From positions 1-40,379 of the forward strand of contig CANETM010000001.1 of the NCBI GenBank assembly GCA_947441205.1: a stretch of 40,379 nucleotides of DNA, in the 5' to 3' direction. Both the position numbers and the translations under genes were made by a program. Shown one piece after another: positions 9,586 through 19,440 of the stretch (position 1 is its first letter; every line of letters begins with the position of its first letter). A model generated the notes under the pieces. It was not told the DNA's origin. It ran no database searches and worked only from the letters and a program-made list of their open reading frames with translations. This DNA is from Bacteroidota bacterium (GTDB lineage Bacteria; Bacteroidota; Bacteroidia; Chitinophagales; Chitinophagaceae).

Positions 9586-10794
9586 TTGAATAAAAGTAAA
9601 ATTTTATACATACACCACACAACCGCATTGGGTGGAGCAACCAATAGCTTGTTATATACCATCACGCAACTGCCCCCAAATGAATTTGATGTATCGGTTC
9701 TTTTTTTACAAGCTGAAGGTCCGGCTTCTGAATTATACAGGAGTAAAGGAATTGTAGTCAAGCACCTCACAGGTATTCAAGTATACCAACATGCTTATGG
9801 TGCAAGAATCAAATGGTTGGGGCGTAATCCCATTAGACCGATTACACAATTTATACGGATGCTTTTATCCGTTCCCAAAATGATGACTTATTTGAAAGCC
9901 AATTACAAGCAGGTAGACATTGTACACATCAACACCTCGGTGATGCTTCCAGTAGGAATTGCTTGTAAATTTATGGGCATCAAAGTGGTTTGGTACAACA
10001 GGGAAGTATTGTATCCCGGAGTTTTAGGAATTAGAAGATTTATGGCTTCAACCATAATCAAATGTTGCTCCTATAAGGTGATACATATTTCAAAGATGGG
10101 TGAGCAATCTTTGGGTAATTCCAAAAAGAACGAAGTCATTTATAATTTTATCGATTTTGGGAAATTTGATAAATCAATGTATCCGTTTCTGTTGCATGAC
10201 GAATTGGGTTTGTCGCAAGAAATCAAAATAATCGCTATGTTAGGTGGTGTTGTTCACAGTAAAGGCTCAGATGTTTTTATCAATGCAATTTCTGAGGTAT
10301 TGGCAAATGACCCCAAAGTACACTTTGTTATAGTAGGCTATCCACCCATGAAGCAAGAAATATCTGAGGGAGTTGGCAAAATAGACATGGGTAAAACGTG
10401 TTTGGATTTGATAGCGAAAAACAACTTAAGCAAATGGATTTCTTTTACTGGATTGCGTAATGATATACCCAAAGTTTTGGCTTCAACTTATTTATTGGTA
10501 TGGCCAGCAACAGTACCACATTTTTCACGTCCCATTATCGAAGCACAGGCTATGGGAATTCCACCCATAGGGACAGACTTTGAAGTAACCCGAGAGGTTA
10601 TACAAGAAGGCGAAACAGGATTGACGTTTGTCAATGGTGATTCCACATCATTGGCTAAACAGATTAATCTATTATTGAACGACTCAGCTCTGTACAACAA
10701 AATCAGTCAGCAAGCATACCAACAAGCCAAAGAGCGATTTAGTGCAGATACCAACGTAAAAAAAATTGTAGCAATTTATCATTTACTTCATTGA
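9586..10794 (+). CDS. Glycosyltransferase family 4
   Basis: GGA motif, VHINTS, KGSDVF, FSRPIIEAQAMGIP, ETGL. Confidence 0.88.
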   Translation: MNKSKILYIHHTTALGGATNSLLYTITQLPPNEFDVSVLFLQAEGPASELYRSKGIVVKHLTGIQVYQHAYGARIKWLGRNPIRPITQFIRMLLSVPKMMTYLKANYKQVDIVHINTSVMLPVGIACKFMGIKVVWYNREVLYPGVLGIRRFMASTIIKCCSYKVIHISKMGEQSLGNSKKNEVIYNFIDFGKFDKSMYPFLLHDELGLSQEIKIIAMLGGVVHSKGSDVFINAISEVLANDPKVHFVIVGYPPMKQEISEGVGKIDMGKTCLDLIAKNNLSKWISFTGLRNDIPKVLASTYLLVWPATVPHFSRPIIEAQAMGIPPIGTDFEVTREVIQEGETGLTFVNGDSTSLAKQINLLLNDSALYNKISQQAYQQAKERFSADTNVKKIVAIYHLLH

Positions 10795-11927
10795 AAATTT
10801 TAAGTGTAGTTGGTGTTAGGCCTAATATTATCAAGTTTGTTGCTTGGAGTCGTGCCATTGCTAAATTTCAGCAACAGTATGCGATTGAACACATTATTGT
10901 GCATTCTGGGCAACATTATGATGATGCCATGTTCCACCATTTATGGAAAACATTTGAACTGCCGGATATACAATACCGATTAAATGTAGGATCGGGAAGT
11001 CATGCATGGCAAGTAGGGATGATGATGATAGAACTGGAAAAAGTATTGATGGTTGAAAATCCAGATTGGGTAGTTGCCATTGATGATGTAAATACAGCGT
11101 TGGCAACAGGAATCACAGCTAAAAAAATGAACTTTAAATTGGCACATATTGAAGCTGGTCTTAGGTCATTTGATAAATCGATGCCTGAAGAGCACAACCG
11201 GATATTGGTAGATCATGTTTCAGATTTACTTTTTGTACCAGACCAACAATCATTTGACAAGTTGTTAGCAGAAGGGATCGATATCAAAAACATCAAACTT
11301 ACCGGAAACTTTATGGCAGACACTTTATGGCAAAGCATTTCAAAAGCAGGTCATTGTGATATCCATGATACCATCTCTAAATATGCGCTATCCACAAATG
11401 AGATAAAGTTGACCAATTATGCTTTGTTTACATTACACCGCCCATCAAATATACAAGAGGAGCACACACTGAAGAAAATCATCCAATTCTTAATCAATGA
11501 TTGGGGTGGAAAGACTGACTACATCATTTGGCCAGTTCACCCAGGAGTTTTGAAAAAACTGAAAGAAACCAAACTATTCGAAGCCTTATTAAAAGCATCT
11601 GGTCATATCATTTTACTCCAGCCGGTTAATTATTTTGAGATGTTGCAATTAACCAGTCATGCATCATTCGTATTAACAGATAGTGGTGGATTGCAAGAGG
11701 AAACCAGTATTTTGGGAATACCTTGTGTGACCATGCGCGAGAATACAGAAAGACCAATTACGCTGAAAGAAAATGGAGGTACGAATGTTTTGGTTGGGAA
11801 TGATATTAATAAAATGGATCAATCATGCAAACAAGCAATGAATTGTGTTGGAGTAAAAAATAATATACCCTATTGGGAAGGTAATGCTGCCGAAAGAGGA
11901 TTAATTAGTTTATTTGCCATGAAATAA
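10791..11927 (+). CDS. wecB: Non-hydrolysing UDP-GlcNAc 2-epimerase paralog 1 (divergent)
   Basis: GVRPNIIK, HSGQHYD, HIEAGLRS, MPEEHNR, LHRPSN, TDSGGLQEE. Confidence 0.8.
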   Translation: MKILSVVGVRPNIIKFVAWSRAIAKFQQQYAIEHIIVHSGQHYDDAMFHHLWKTFELPDIQYRLNVGSGSHAWQVGMMMIELEKVLMVENPDWVVAIDDVNTALATGITAKKMNFKLAHIEAGLRSFDKSMPEEHNRILVDHVSDLLFVPDQQSFDKLLAEGIDIKNIKLTGNFMADTLWQSISKAGHCDIHDTISKYALSTNEIKLTNYALFTLHRPSNIQEEHTLKKIIQFLINDWGGKTDYIIWPVHPGVLKKLKETKLFEALLKASGHIILLQPVNYFEMLQLTSHASFVLTDSGGLQEETSILGIPCVTMRENTERPITLKENGGTNVLVGNDINKMDQSCKQAMNCVGVKNNIPYWEGNAAERGLISLFAMK

Positions 11928-11961
11928 TTTAGGAAAAAAAATAAATTTTAAAAAACAAAAC

Positions 11962-12912
11962 ATGAGAATTTTAGTAACTGGGTCAAAAGGAGTTGTTGGC
12001 CAAAAATTAGTAAAAGAGCTCCAATCAAAAGGCCATTCGGTATTTGGAGTCGATATCCAACATCACGCTGGTGAGATTGGGTTTGTTCAAAGAATGAGTG
12101 GTGAGAATTGGGATTACAGCCGTTGCGATATTGGCGAGTTTCGGCAAATAGAGCGAATTGTAGAGCAGGCAGGTCCATTCGATTTTGTTTACAATTGTGC
12201 AGCGGAATTTGGCCGTTGGAATGGCGAAGATTATTATGAGCAAGTTTGGAAGTCTAACTTAATTGGAATGAAGAACTTGATTCGTTTGCAAGAAAAACAT
12301 AAATTTAAAATGGTTCATTTTTCAAGTTCAGAAGTATATGGAGATTTTGAAGATGTAATGTCTGAAAGCGTGATGGACAATTTTGAAATCAAGCAAATGA
12401 ATGACTACGCAATTTCTAAATGGGCCAACGAAATGCAAATCAGAAACTCTAGAATCATGTATGGTACCGAATCGGTTGTGGTGAGGTTATTCAATACATA
12501 TGGTCCGGGAGAGTATTACCATCCTTATCGTTCTGTAAATTGTAAGTTTTGTTACCATGCATTGTTTGGATTACCAGTAACTGTTTACAAAGGACATTTC
12601 CGTTCTTCTACATACGTTGATGATTGCGTGAGGACAGTTGGTAATATAAGCGATAACTTTATCAATGGATCTGTATACAATATTGGTAGTGATCAATTTC
12701 ATGATATTGAAACATTGGCTGATGTGATTTGGGATTATACAGGTGCAGACAGAAAGCTCATTACCTATGGTGAATCAGAAGTACTAACAACCAAAATTAA
12801 AAAATTGGATAATGTAGCATCCGTAAGAGATTTAGATCACAAGGAAAGCGTAGGACTTATCGAAGGTGTGAAATTAACCATTGATTGGATGAAGGAATAT
12901 TATAAATTATAA
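11962..12912 (+). CDS. NAD-dependent epimerase/dehydratase (extended SDR)
   Basis: TGSKGVVG, SSSEVYG, YAISK, RLFNTYGP. Unusual AAEFGRWNGE segment. Confidence 0.88.
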   Translation: MRILVTGSKGVVGQKLVKELQSKGHSVFGVDIQHHAGEIGFVQRMSGENWDYSRCDIGEFRQIERIVEQAGPFDFVYNCAAEFGRWNGEDYYEQVWKSNLIGMKNLIRLQEKHKFKMVHFSSSEVYGDFEDVMSESVMDNFEIKQMNDYAISKWANEMQIRNSRIMYGTESVVVRLFNTYGPGEYYHPYRSVNCKFCYHALFGLPVTVYKGHFRSSTYVDDCVRTVGNISDNFINGSVYNIGSDQFHDIETLADVIWDYTGADRKLITYGESEVLTTKIKKLDNVASVRDLDHKESVGLIEGVKLTIDWMKEYYKL

Positions 12913-12916
12913 TCAC

Positions 12917-14068
12917 GTGCAGACAAAAATCATCAGCGTAGTAGGAGCTAGGCCCAATTTCATGAAAATAGCTCCTCTTGCAGAAGCTTTCAATCAATAT
13001 ATTTCAAAAGGACACTCCCTTCAACACATTCTTGTTCACACAGGCCAACATTACGACAGGAAAATGTCTGACTCCTTTTTTGAGGAGTTGGGCATTCCTG
13101 AGGCACAGTATAACTTAGGTGTTGGTTCTGGCACACATGCAGAGCAAGTTGGCAGAACGATGATAGAGTTTGAAAAAGTATTGATGGTTGAAAAGCCTGA
13201 TTGGGTTATTGTTATTGGGGATGTGAATGCTACATTGGCCTGTTCGGTCACCGCAAAAAAGTTAGACATTAAAGTTTGTCACCTCGAAGCAGGACTTCGT
13301 TCGGGTGACATGAGAATGCCAGAAGAAATTAATCGAATAGTAACAGACCGATTAAGCGATTTATTGCTGACACCTGATAGAATATCGAATAGCAATTTAA
13401 TAGCTGAAGGGGTATCGGATGATCGAATTCAATTTGTTGGAAATATCATGATAGATACGTTGGAAAAACACCGAAACAAAGCAGGTGCTTTAAAAATTGA
13501 GGATATCATTCAACGAAATTTACTCTTAGATGAATCTACAAAACATAGTGTTGACCATGAGTTTATTGTTGTTACGTTGCACCGTCCATCCAATGTAGAC
13601 CATCAAGAAAACCTGACTGCTTTGGTTGATTTCTTTCTTCAGGAAGTAGTAAAAGATACCACACTGATTTGGCCTATTCATCCCCGAACATTGCAAAAGT
13701 TGAAGGATTTTGATTTGTATGACAAAATATGCAAAAGTTCGAATGTGATATTGCTCAATCCTGTTGGTTATTTTGACATGCTCAAATTGAACATGAGTGC
13801 CAAAATCATTCTTACCGACAGTGGAGGATTACAAGAAGAGTCATGTGTTTTGGGAACACCTTGTTTAACACTTAGGATGAATACAGAAAGACCTGTTACA
13901 TTGCGTGAAAATGGTGGGGCTAGTGTTTTGGTAGGTGAAGACATCCATAAATTGCAAGCCGAATTTAACTATTTGAAGCAACATCAAATTGAATCAAAAG
14001 TGCCTGAATTATGGGATGGGAACACTGCCGGCAGGTGCTTGGATGCTATTTTAAATTATAAATCATAA
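12917..14068 (+). CDS. wecB: Non-hydrolysing UDP-GlcNAc 2-epimerase paralog 2
   Basis: GARPNFMK, HTGQHYD, GDVN, HLEAGLRS, PEEINR, TDSGGLQEE, WDG. GTG start. Confidence 0.9.
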   Translation: MQTKIISVVGARPNFMKIAPLAEAFNQYISKGHSLQHILVHTGQHYDRKMSDSFFEELGIPEAQYNLGVGSGTHAEQVGRTMIEFEKVLMVEKPDWVIVIGDVNATLACSVTAKKLDIKVCHLEAGLRSGDMRMPEEINRIVTDRLSDLLLTPDRISNSNLIAEGVSDDRIQFVGNIMIDTLEKHRNKAGALKIEDIIQRNLLLDESTKHSVDHEFIVVTLHRPSNVDHQENLTALVDFFLQEVVKDTTLIWPIHPRTLQKLKDFDLYDKICKSSNVILLNPVGYFDMLKLNMSAKIILTDSGGLQEESCVLGTPCLTLRMNTERPVTLRENGGASVLVGEDIHKLQAEFNYLKQHQIESKVPELWDGNTAGRCLDAILNYKS

Positions 14069-14071
14069 CGA

Positions 14072-15187
14072 TTGAGTTTAGTTGTTATTTTTAGAAATCT
14101 TCCTCCGGATGCGGGAGGGGCTGCTACAATTATCCGAAACTTATTTGAGTTTGCTGATGATACAGTCACTATTGTGGGAAGAAAATCCAGATACCCTATG
14201 GATTATTTAACTACCCAATACAACAAAGTTGAAATTCCTTTGAGCGATAGGCCTGAAAGCAAATGGCTGAAACTAAAATATTTCGTTCAATCTATACTAA
14301 TCTGTTTAAAAGTAATTCGCCAAACCCATACTAAAAATATATTGGGGGTATACCGAGATGAATCTTCTCTCATACTTAGTTATTTGGTTAGTTTATTATC
14401 AGGAAAACCATTGTTTGTTTATTTAACTGATTTGTATGCTGAGAACTATGGTAGTAAGAAGAAACAGTATTTGCAAAAACTCATTTTTAAAAGAGCCAAA
14501 AGCATCTTTTGCCTTAATCAGGCCATGAAAAATCATTATGTTGCAGCAGGATACAAGCAAGTGGAAGTTATTCCATCTACTGTGCCCGAAATTTTACCTT
14601 TAAAAACTAGGGTGTTTGATGGAGAGGTTTTCAAAATTGCTTTTTCTGGTTCTATTATTTATGATCGATTGGATTTATTGCAAATGTTAGTTAGAATAAT
14701 CGGAAATAATCCTGCATATCAATTGCTCTTATTTTCTCCACATGACGAATTTTTTTTAAAATCAAATGACCTCTACGCCAGTAACGTGACATGCGAGTTT
14801 GTTAATAGTCCAAAATTATTGTTAAAGAAATTGCAACAATGTGATTTGTTGTATTTGCCATTGACTTTTAATAAACCAGATAATCACAGAAGTTATTTAC
14901 AACTAAAAACATGTTTAGGAACCAAATCCTATGAATACATGCAAACAGGAGTTCCAATTTTAGTCCATTCTCCAGCTGAATACTACACATATCAATTTTT
15001 TGAATCATCTAAATCAGCAATAATGCTTAATTCTAATAAAGAAGATGATTTAAATGCAAAAATTAATGAAATTAAATCTAATTATTTACTTTTTGAAGAA
15101 AAAGTCATGAATGCTCACAAACAATTATTAAACCACAAGGCAAAGCCTAATCTTATTCAATTGATTAGATTAATTAACAATTCGTAA
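14072..15187 (+). CDS. Glycosyltransferase (GT-B, GT4-like)
   Basis: PPDAGGAA, FSGSI, CDLLYLP, TKSYEYMQTGVPILV. Confidence 0.75.
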   Translation: MSLVVIFRNLPPDAGGAATIIRNLFEFADDTVTIVGRKSRYPMDYLTTQYNKVEIPLSDRPESKWLKLKYFVQSILICLKVIRQTHTKNILGVYRDESSLILSYLVSLLSGKPLFVYLTDLYAENYGSKKKQYLQKLIFKRAKSIFCLNQAMKNHYVAAGYKQVEVIPSTVPEILPLKTRVFDGEVFKIAFSGSIIYDRLDLLQMLVRIIGNNPAYQLLLFSPHDEFFLKSNDLYASNVTCEFVNSPKLLLKKLQQCDLLYLPLTFNKPDNHRSYLQLKTCLGTKSYEYMQTGVPILVHSPAEYYTYQFFESSKSAIMLNSNKEDDLNAKINEIKSNYLLFEEKVMNAHKQLLNHKAKPNLIQLIRLINNS

Positions 15188-15209
15188 TCGATATTTAAAT
15201 TATTTATAA

Positions 15210-16391
15210 ATGTTAAATCAAATTAAAAATAGTCATAGATTTCAATATTGGTTTGCTTTCCTTCAGGCTTTTCCAATACTTATGATTGTATTTAATTTGA
15301 GTTTCTTTGTATTTTTTAGATTATACTTCTCTTTTAATAAAATTTCAAAAATAAAGATTTCCAATAGTTTTCAGATACTTGCAATTTTGTTTATCATAGG
15401 TGCAATTGCATCAGTAGCTAATGCTGTAGATGTCAAAAGATCAATGGTTGTATTACCAAATTTTCTCTATTGGGCAATCATGATAATTTTTTTTCAAAAT
15501 TATAGAAGTTCCTTAAATTTTGAAATTATTCGAATGGGTATATATAGAGGATTGATACTTTTAAATTTACACTATTGGATTGTTGAAAAAACATTAAAGT
15601 TTTCTACTCCTTTTAATAAGTTTATTCTTGAAAATGGCTATGCAATATTAATGATATGTTTTGTCCCAACAGCTTTAAAATATGTTTTGGTAAAATATGG
15701 TAATAATAGGGCTTATCTTTTTGCATCAGTGGCAACTATTTTAGGGTTTTTGAGTGGCAGTAGGGCCGGGGCTATTTTAATTCTAGGGGGGGCTTTATTA
15801 ACATTGTTTTCAGAAAAATTAAGCTTCAAAGCAATCGTTCAGTTGGTTATCTACGGTCTTTTGTCTTATTTTTTTATTTTCAAAACAGATTTTTTCAATA
15901 AATTTTTGTTCCAAGTTAATCCAGACGTGCATGCAGTAATCTTTAGATCCCAAGAAGTTTTTGAAGAAGAACAATCAATGCTTTTGAGAAGACTGATGGT
16001 AGAAAAAGCTATAATTTTATTTGAACAGAAACCATTTACTGGTATTGGGCTAAATAATTGGACAGAATTTAAGGTTGATTTTAGGGGAGATTTTGCTGGT
16101 TCAGAGTTTGTAATTAATAAAAATAGATTAGAAAAGTTTAGTGCCCATAATTCTTATGCCGCCCTTTTAGGTGAGGGCGGATTGTTAGTTTTTCTACCAT
16201 TTATTTTAATTCTGTATACAACAATTTTTGCTCTTTTTTCCCAGTTTGGCAAGTTGGACCAATACCAACAGCCCATTTTATGGTCACTTATTATGATGGC
16301 TATTCATATTTATTTTATTTCAGGAATGTCAAACTCATTTACTTGGTATTTATTGGCGCTAGGAATAGCCTCTATTAATAGGAAATCATAG
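15210..16391 (+). CDS. wzy: Wzy polymerase / O-antigen ligase-family membrane protein
   Basis: About 10 hydrophobic segments, SGSRAG, PFTGIG, SAHNSY...GEGG (Wzy_C/ligase-type motifs). Very AT-rich and embedded in the cluster. Confidence 0.7.
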   Translation: MLNQIKNSHRFQYWFAFLQAFPILMIVFNLSFFVFFRLYFSFNKISKIKISNSFQILAILFIIGAIASVANAVDVKRSMVVLPNFLYWAIMIIFFQNYRSSLNFEIIRMGIYRGLILLNLHYWIVEKTLKFSTPFNKFILENGYAILMICFVPTALKYVLVKYGNNRAYLFASVATILGFLSGSRAGAILILGGALLTLFSEKLSFKAIVQLVIYGLLSYFFIFKTDFFNKFLFQVNPDVHAVIFRSQEVFEEEQSMLLRRLMVEKAIILFEQKPFTGIGLNNWTEFKVDFRGDFAGSEFVINKNRLEKFSAHNSYAALLGEGGLLVFLPFILILYTTIFALFSQFGKLDQYQQPILWSLIMMAIHIYFISGMSNSFTWYLLALGIASINRKS

Positions 16392-16422
16392 ATTTACCTG
16401 TAAAATATAACTTTTTATCTTA

Positions 16423-18255
16423 ATGGATTTTTTATTTTATGAAATTAGGCAGAATTCTCTAAATAAACCTTTAGTTGAAGGCTATGATCATTTTTTAGAA
16501 CTTAGTGAATATTCCTCGTTTTTATATAATGATGGAACTAAAGTTTTCCAAAAAGATGGTAAGCTATTGGCATTAACTGGCAGAGTTATGAAGTTAAAAA
16601 ACACAGAGGATGCTTCTTTGAGTTATTTCTATGATGATTTGAATTTAGATATTTGGCCTATTTCAGATAGTTTTACTGGTGCTTTTTCAGGTTTTTTATT
16701 TGGTTGTGATGAAATAAGAGTTTTTAATGATCCTCTTGGTTTATATAAGTTATTCTTTTATATATCCGACGGTATCATTGCCATATCTACTAGACTTTCT
16801 GATTTAACTAAAATTAAACATTTTGATTTTGATTTTAGTTCATGGTTTCTTGAGTTTACTAGACCTGAATATTCGCAATATGGTACAAGAACTATTTTTA
16901 AAAGTGTAAAAACACTTTTACCAGGAGAGTATAAATTATTTAGAAAAGGAGAGAATGTTTTAAATTTATTTGATACAACAATTAAACAAGAGGATAAATC
17001 TGCTGATAGAAAAAAATTGGCCGTTGATTTTGTAGAATTAATTAATGAGGAGTTTGATGATTTTTACAAAGAATATGAAAATTTAACAATTCCTATGAGT
17101 GGCGGAATTGACAGCAGAGTGATTTTAGCTCCCTTTATTGGAAGGCAAAAGCAAATTGTTTTGTCAAATTATGGAACAATTGATGGCATAGATAGTAGTA
17201 TCCCACTTGAAATTGCTAAGAAGTTTAAATTTCATTTTGAAATTTTTAACACTGCATCAAATACGTTTCCAACAAGAAAATTTTTATGGGATTTGGTTAA
17301 TAAAACAGATTCAATACATGTAAATGCTTGGTTTAGTCATTTGCAAGAAGCTAATCAAACACGAGCTGTCAAACAACAATTTTTATTAGGCGATATGTGT
17401 GATATATTGCGTTCTAAGGGTGCTGAGACTATTAAATCAAGGGCATTTAGGAAAAAGTATTATATCCAAAATTTTTTCAAAAGGACAAAAATTAAGCTTA
17501 CTAAAATTACTCCTGAAAACATATTATTATTTCAAGTAAGGAAGAAAGAAAGGGTTATAGGTTTTTTGAAAAATATTATAGAAGAAACAAAATATCTTCC
17601 TTTGCCCGAACAACAAATCATTGATGAAGCTATCGCAGATATGGATGAGTTGTTTACACATATGGACAGATACCGACCAAGATATATAGAGAGTTACGAA
17701 GAATTATTTGGTATTTTTACACATGGACGTAAATCAATGGGGAAACAATTAAACTTATTGAAGTATGGATACCAACCAGAAATACCTTTGTTAAATATCC
17801 GAATAGTTCGAAAAGTATTGAATTATTCACCAGCAGAACGATACAGTGATGAATTGACAAACGAAATGTTCAAAGTAAAATCATGGAAACCTTTAGGGAA
17901 ATTCAAAACATCTCAGAACCCTTTTTTTAGGTATAACTCTCCTTATTTCATGATGTTATTAGGTTGGTTTGTAAGAAGTAGTGTTGATCAATTATTAACG
18001 AAAATGACCATTAAAGGTTTGATAAACAGACCCCGTTTGTTTAAGAATTTAAATAGTAAGGATGGCTATCAATATCCTGGTGCGTATGAGAATTTTGAAG
18101 CGTGTTTGGAAAATGATATTATAGATGTTATTAAGCAAAAAGAGACATTCATTGGACGCAGGGATGGTTCTTTGTGGCCATTGTCTAGTATGGATTTAAT
18201 GCCCATTTTGCAGGCAATTTATTACCTTAATCGATTTGGTAAAGACAAAAAGTAA
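16423..18255 (+). CDS. Asparagine-synthetase-related ATP-dependent amide ligase lacking the glutaminase Cys
   Basis: NDPLGLYKLF, TIFKSVKTLLPG, PP-loop MSGGIDSR, PEIPLL. N-terminus is MDFL, not MCGI. Confidence 0.7.
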   Translation: MDFLFYEIRQNSLNKPLVEGYDHFLELSEYSSFLYNDGTKVFQKDGKLLALTGRVMKLKNTEDASLSYFYDDLNLDIWPISDSFTGAFSGFLFGCDEIRVFNDPLGLYKLFFYISDGIIAISTRLSDLTKIKHFDFDFSSWFLEFTRPEYSQYGTRTIFKSVKTLLPGEYKLFRKGENVLNLFDTTIKQEDKSADRKKLAVDFVELINEEFDDFYKEYENLTIPMSGGIDSRVILAPFIGRQKQIVLSNYGTIDGIDSSIPLEIAKKFKFHFEIFNTASNTFPTRKFLWDLVNKTDSIHVNAWFSHLQEANQTRAVKQQFLLGDMCDILRSKGAETIKSRAFRKKYYIQNFFKRTKIKLTKITPENILLFQVRKKERVIGFLKNIIEETKYLPLPEQQIIDEAIADMDELFTHMDRYRPRYIESYEELFGIFTHGRKSMGKQLNLLKYGYQPEIPLLNIRIVRKVLNYSPAERYSDELTNEMFKVKSWKPLGKFKTSQNPFFRYNSPYFMMLLGWFVRSSVDQLLTKMTIKGLINRPRLFKNLNSKDGYQYPGAYENFEACLENDIIDVIKQKETFIGRRDGSLWPLSSMDLMPILQAIYYLNRFGKDKK

Positions 18256-19440
18256 ATGCAAATATTCAATACTTTCTTTAAATACCTTTCCAGAAAAACC
18301 AGTAACAACACCTTTATTCCTGAAATTGACGGATTAAGATTTATAGCAATCATTACTGTATTATTCTTTCATTTAAATACCGTTTTGATTCGTTCGGTTG
18401 ATGGTGGATTTGAACAAGAAATTTTGAAAGAAACTTACGCGGACTTTGGATGGTGGATGATACGACTGGATTTAGGTGTAAAAGTGTTTTTTGCCATCAG
18501 TGGATTCGTTTTGGCATTGCCTTTTATCAAATCCTATGATTTGAAAAAGCCCATCAATCTAAAAAGTTATTTTATTAGAAGGGTAACCCGTTTGGAACCG
18601 CCCTTTCTGATATCGCTTATTGTACTATTCATCGGTCAATTATTGTTGTTGAAACAAGATCTATCAACACTTTGGCTAAATTTTTTGGCAAGTTTAGTCT
18701 ACATGCATGGATTTATTTTTGGTGAACCATCTAAGATTAATCCGGTAACTTGGAGTTTGGAAACAGAATTTCAATTTTACATCCTCATGCCATTGTTCAT
18801 GTGGTTTTTATTCAAAAATAAAGGATTGACATTCTCTGTTATGGGATTGGTAGCATGCAGCTTACTCGCCTATTTTTCCAAATCGGCTATTATCAATTTT
18901 GATGTTAAATTTTTATCACACTCATTACTCGTTCATTTGGGAAATTTTTTGACAGGAATTTTGTTTGCATTGATATATTACAAAGTTCCCAATTGGATTA
19001 AGAAAAAACACCTGGTTTATGACTTGATTGGATTCATTGGACTTTTTTTATTGTTCAAATATTACAAACCGCAGGCATATATTATGAACAGCATTGTTTT
19101 CAATATAGCCATATTGCTTTTGTTTACAGGAGTCTTTAAAGGAATATTGTTGAATTATATTTTCACACGAAAGTTTATTTATACCATAGGAGGGATGTGT
19201 TATTCTATTTACCTCATACACTATGTTATTTTACACATGGCCGTTCCACTCACACTTGTGTTTACATCTGGAATGGGTTACAAATTTCAGTTGTTGGTTC
19301 AGTCGTTTATTCATGTTCCAATTGTGTTGCTCATCTCTATCATTTTCTTTGTATTGTTTGAACGGCCATTTATGGATAAGGATTTTTTTAAAAAATGGGT
19401 CAAAAGTATAAGCAATCAATCCATCATTAAGCATGACTAA
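18256..19440 (+). CDS. Acyltransferase family 3 (OafA-like membrane O-acyltransferase)
   Basis: IPEIDGLRFIAI..V.FFH, GVKVFFAISGF, RRVTRL, TWSLETEFQFY, YSIYLIH, FERP. Confidence 0.9.
   Translation: MQIFNTFFKYLSRKTSNNTFIPEIDGLRFIAIITVLFFHLNTVLIRSVDGGFEQEILKETYADFGWWMIRLDLGVKVFFAISGFVLALPFIKSYDLKKPINLKSYFIRRVTRLEPPFLISLIVLFIGQLLLLKQDLSTLWLNFLASLVYMHGFIFGEPSKINPVTWSLETEFQFYILMPLFMWFLFKNKGLTFSVMGLVACSLLAYFSKSAIINFDVKFLSHSLLVHLGNFLTGILFALIYYKVPNWIKKKHLVYDLIGFIGLFLLFKYYKPQAYIMNSIVFNIAILLLFTGVFKGILLNYIFTRKFIYTIGGMCYSIYLIHYVILHMAVPLTLVFTSGMGYKFQLLVQSFIHVPIVLLISIIFFVLFERPFMDKDFFKKWVKSISNQSIIKHD

Noticed and set aside
16423-18255. Lasso-peptide cyclase interpretation
   Set aside because: No precursor peptide, PqqD/RRE or B2 peptidase nearby; the context is entirely glycan biosynthesis.
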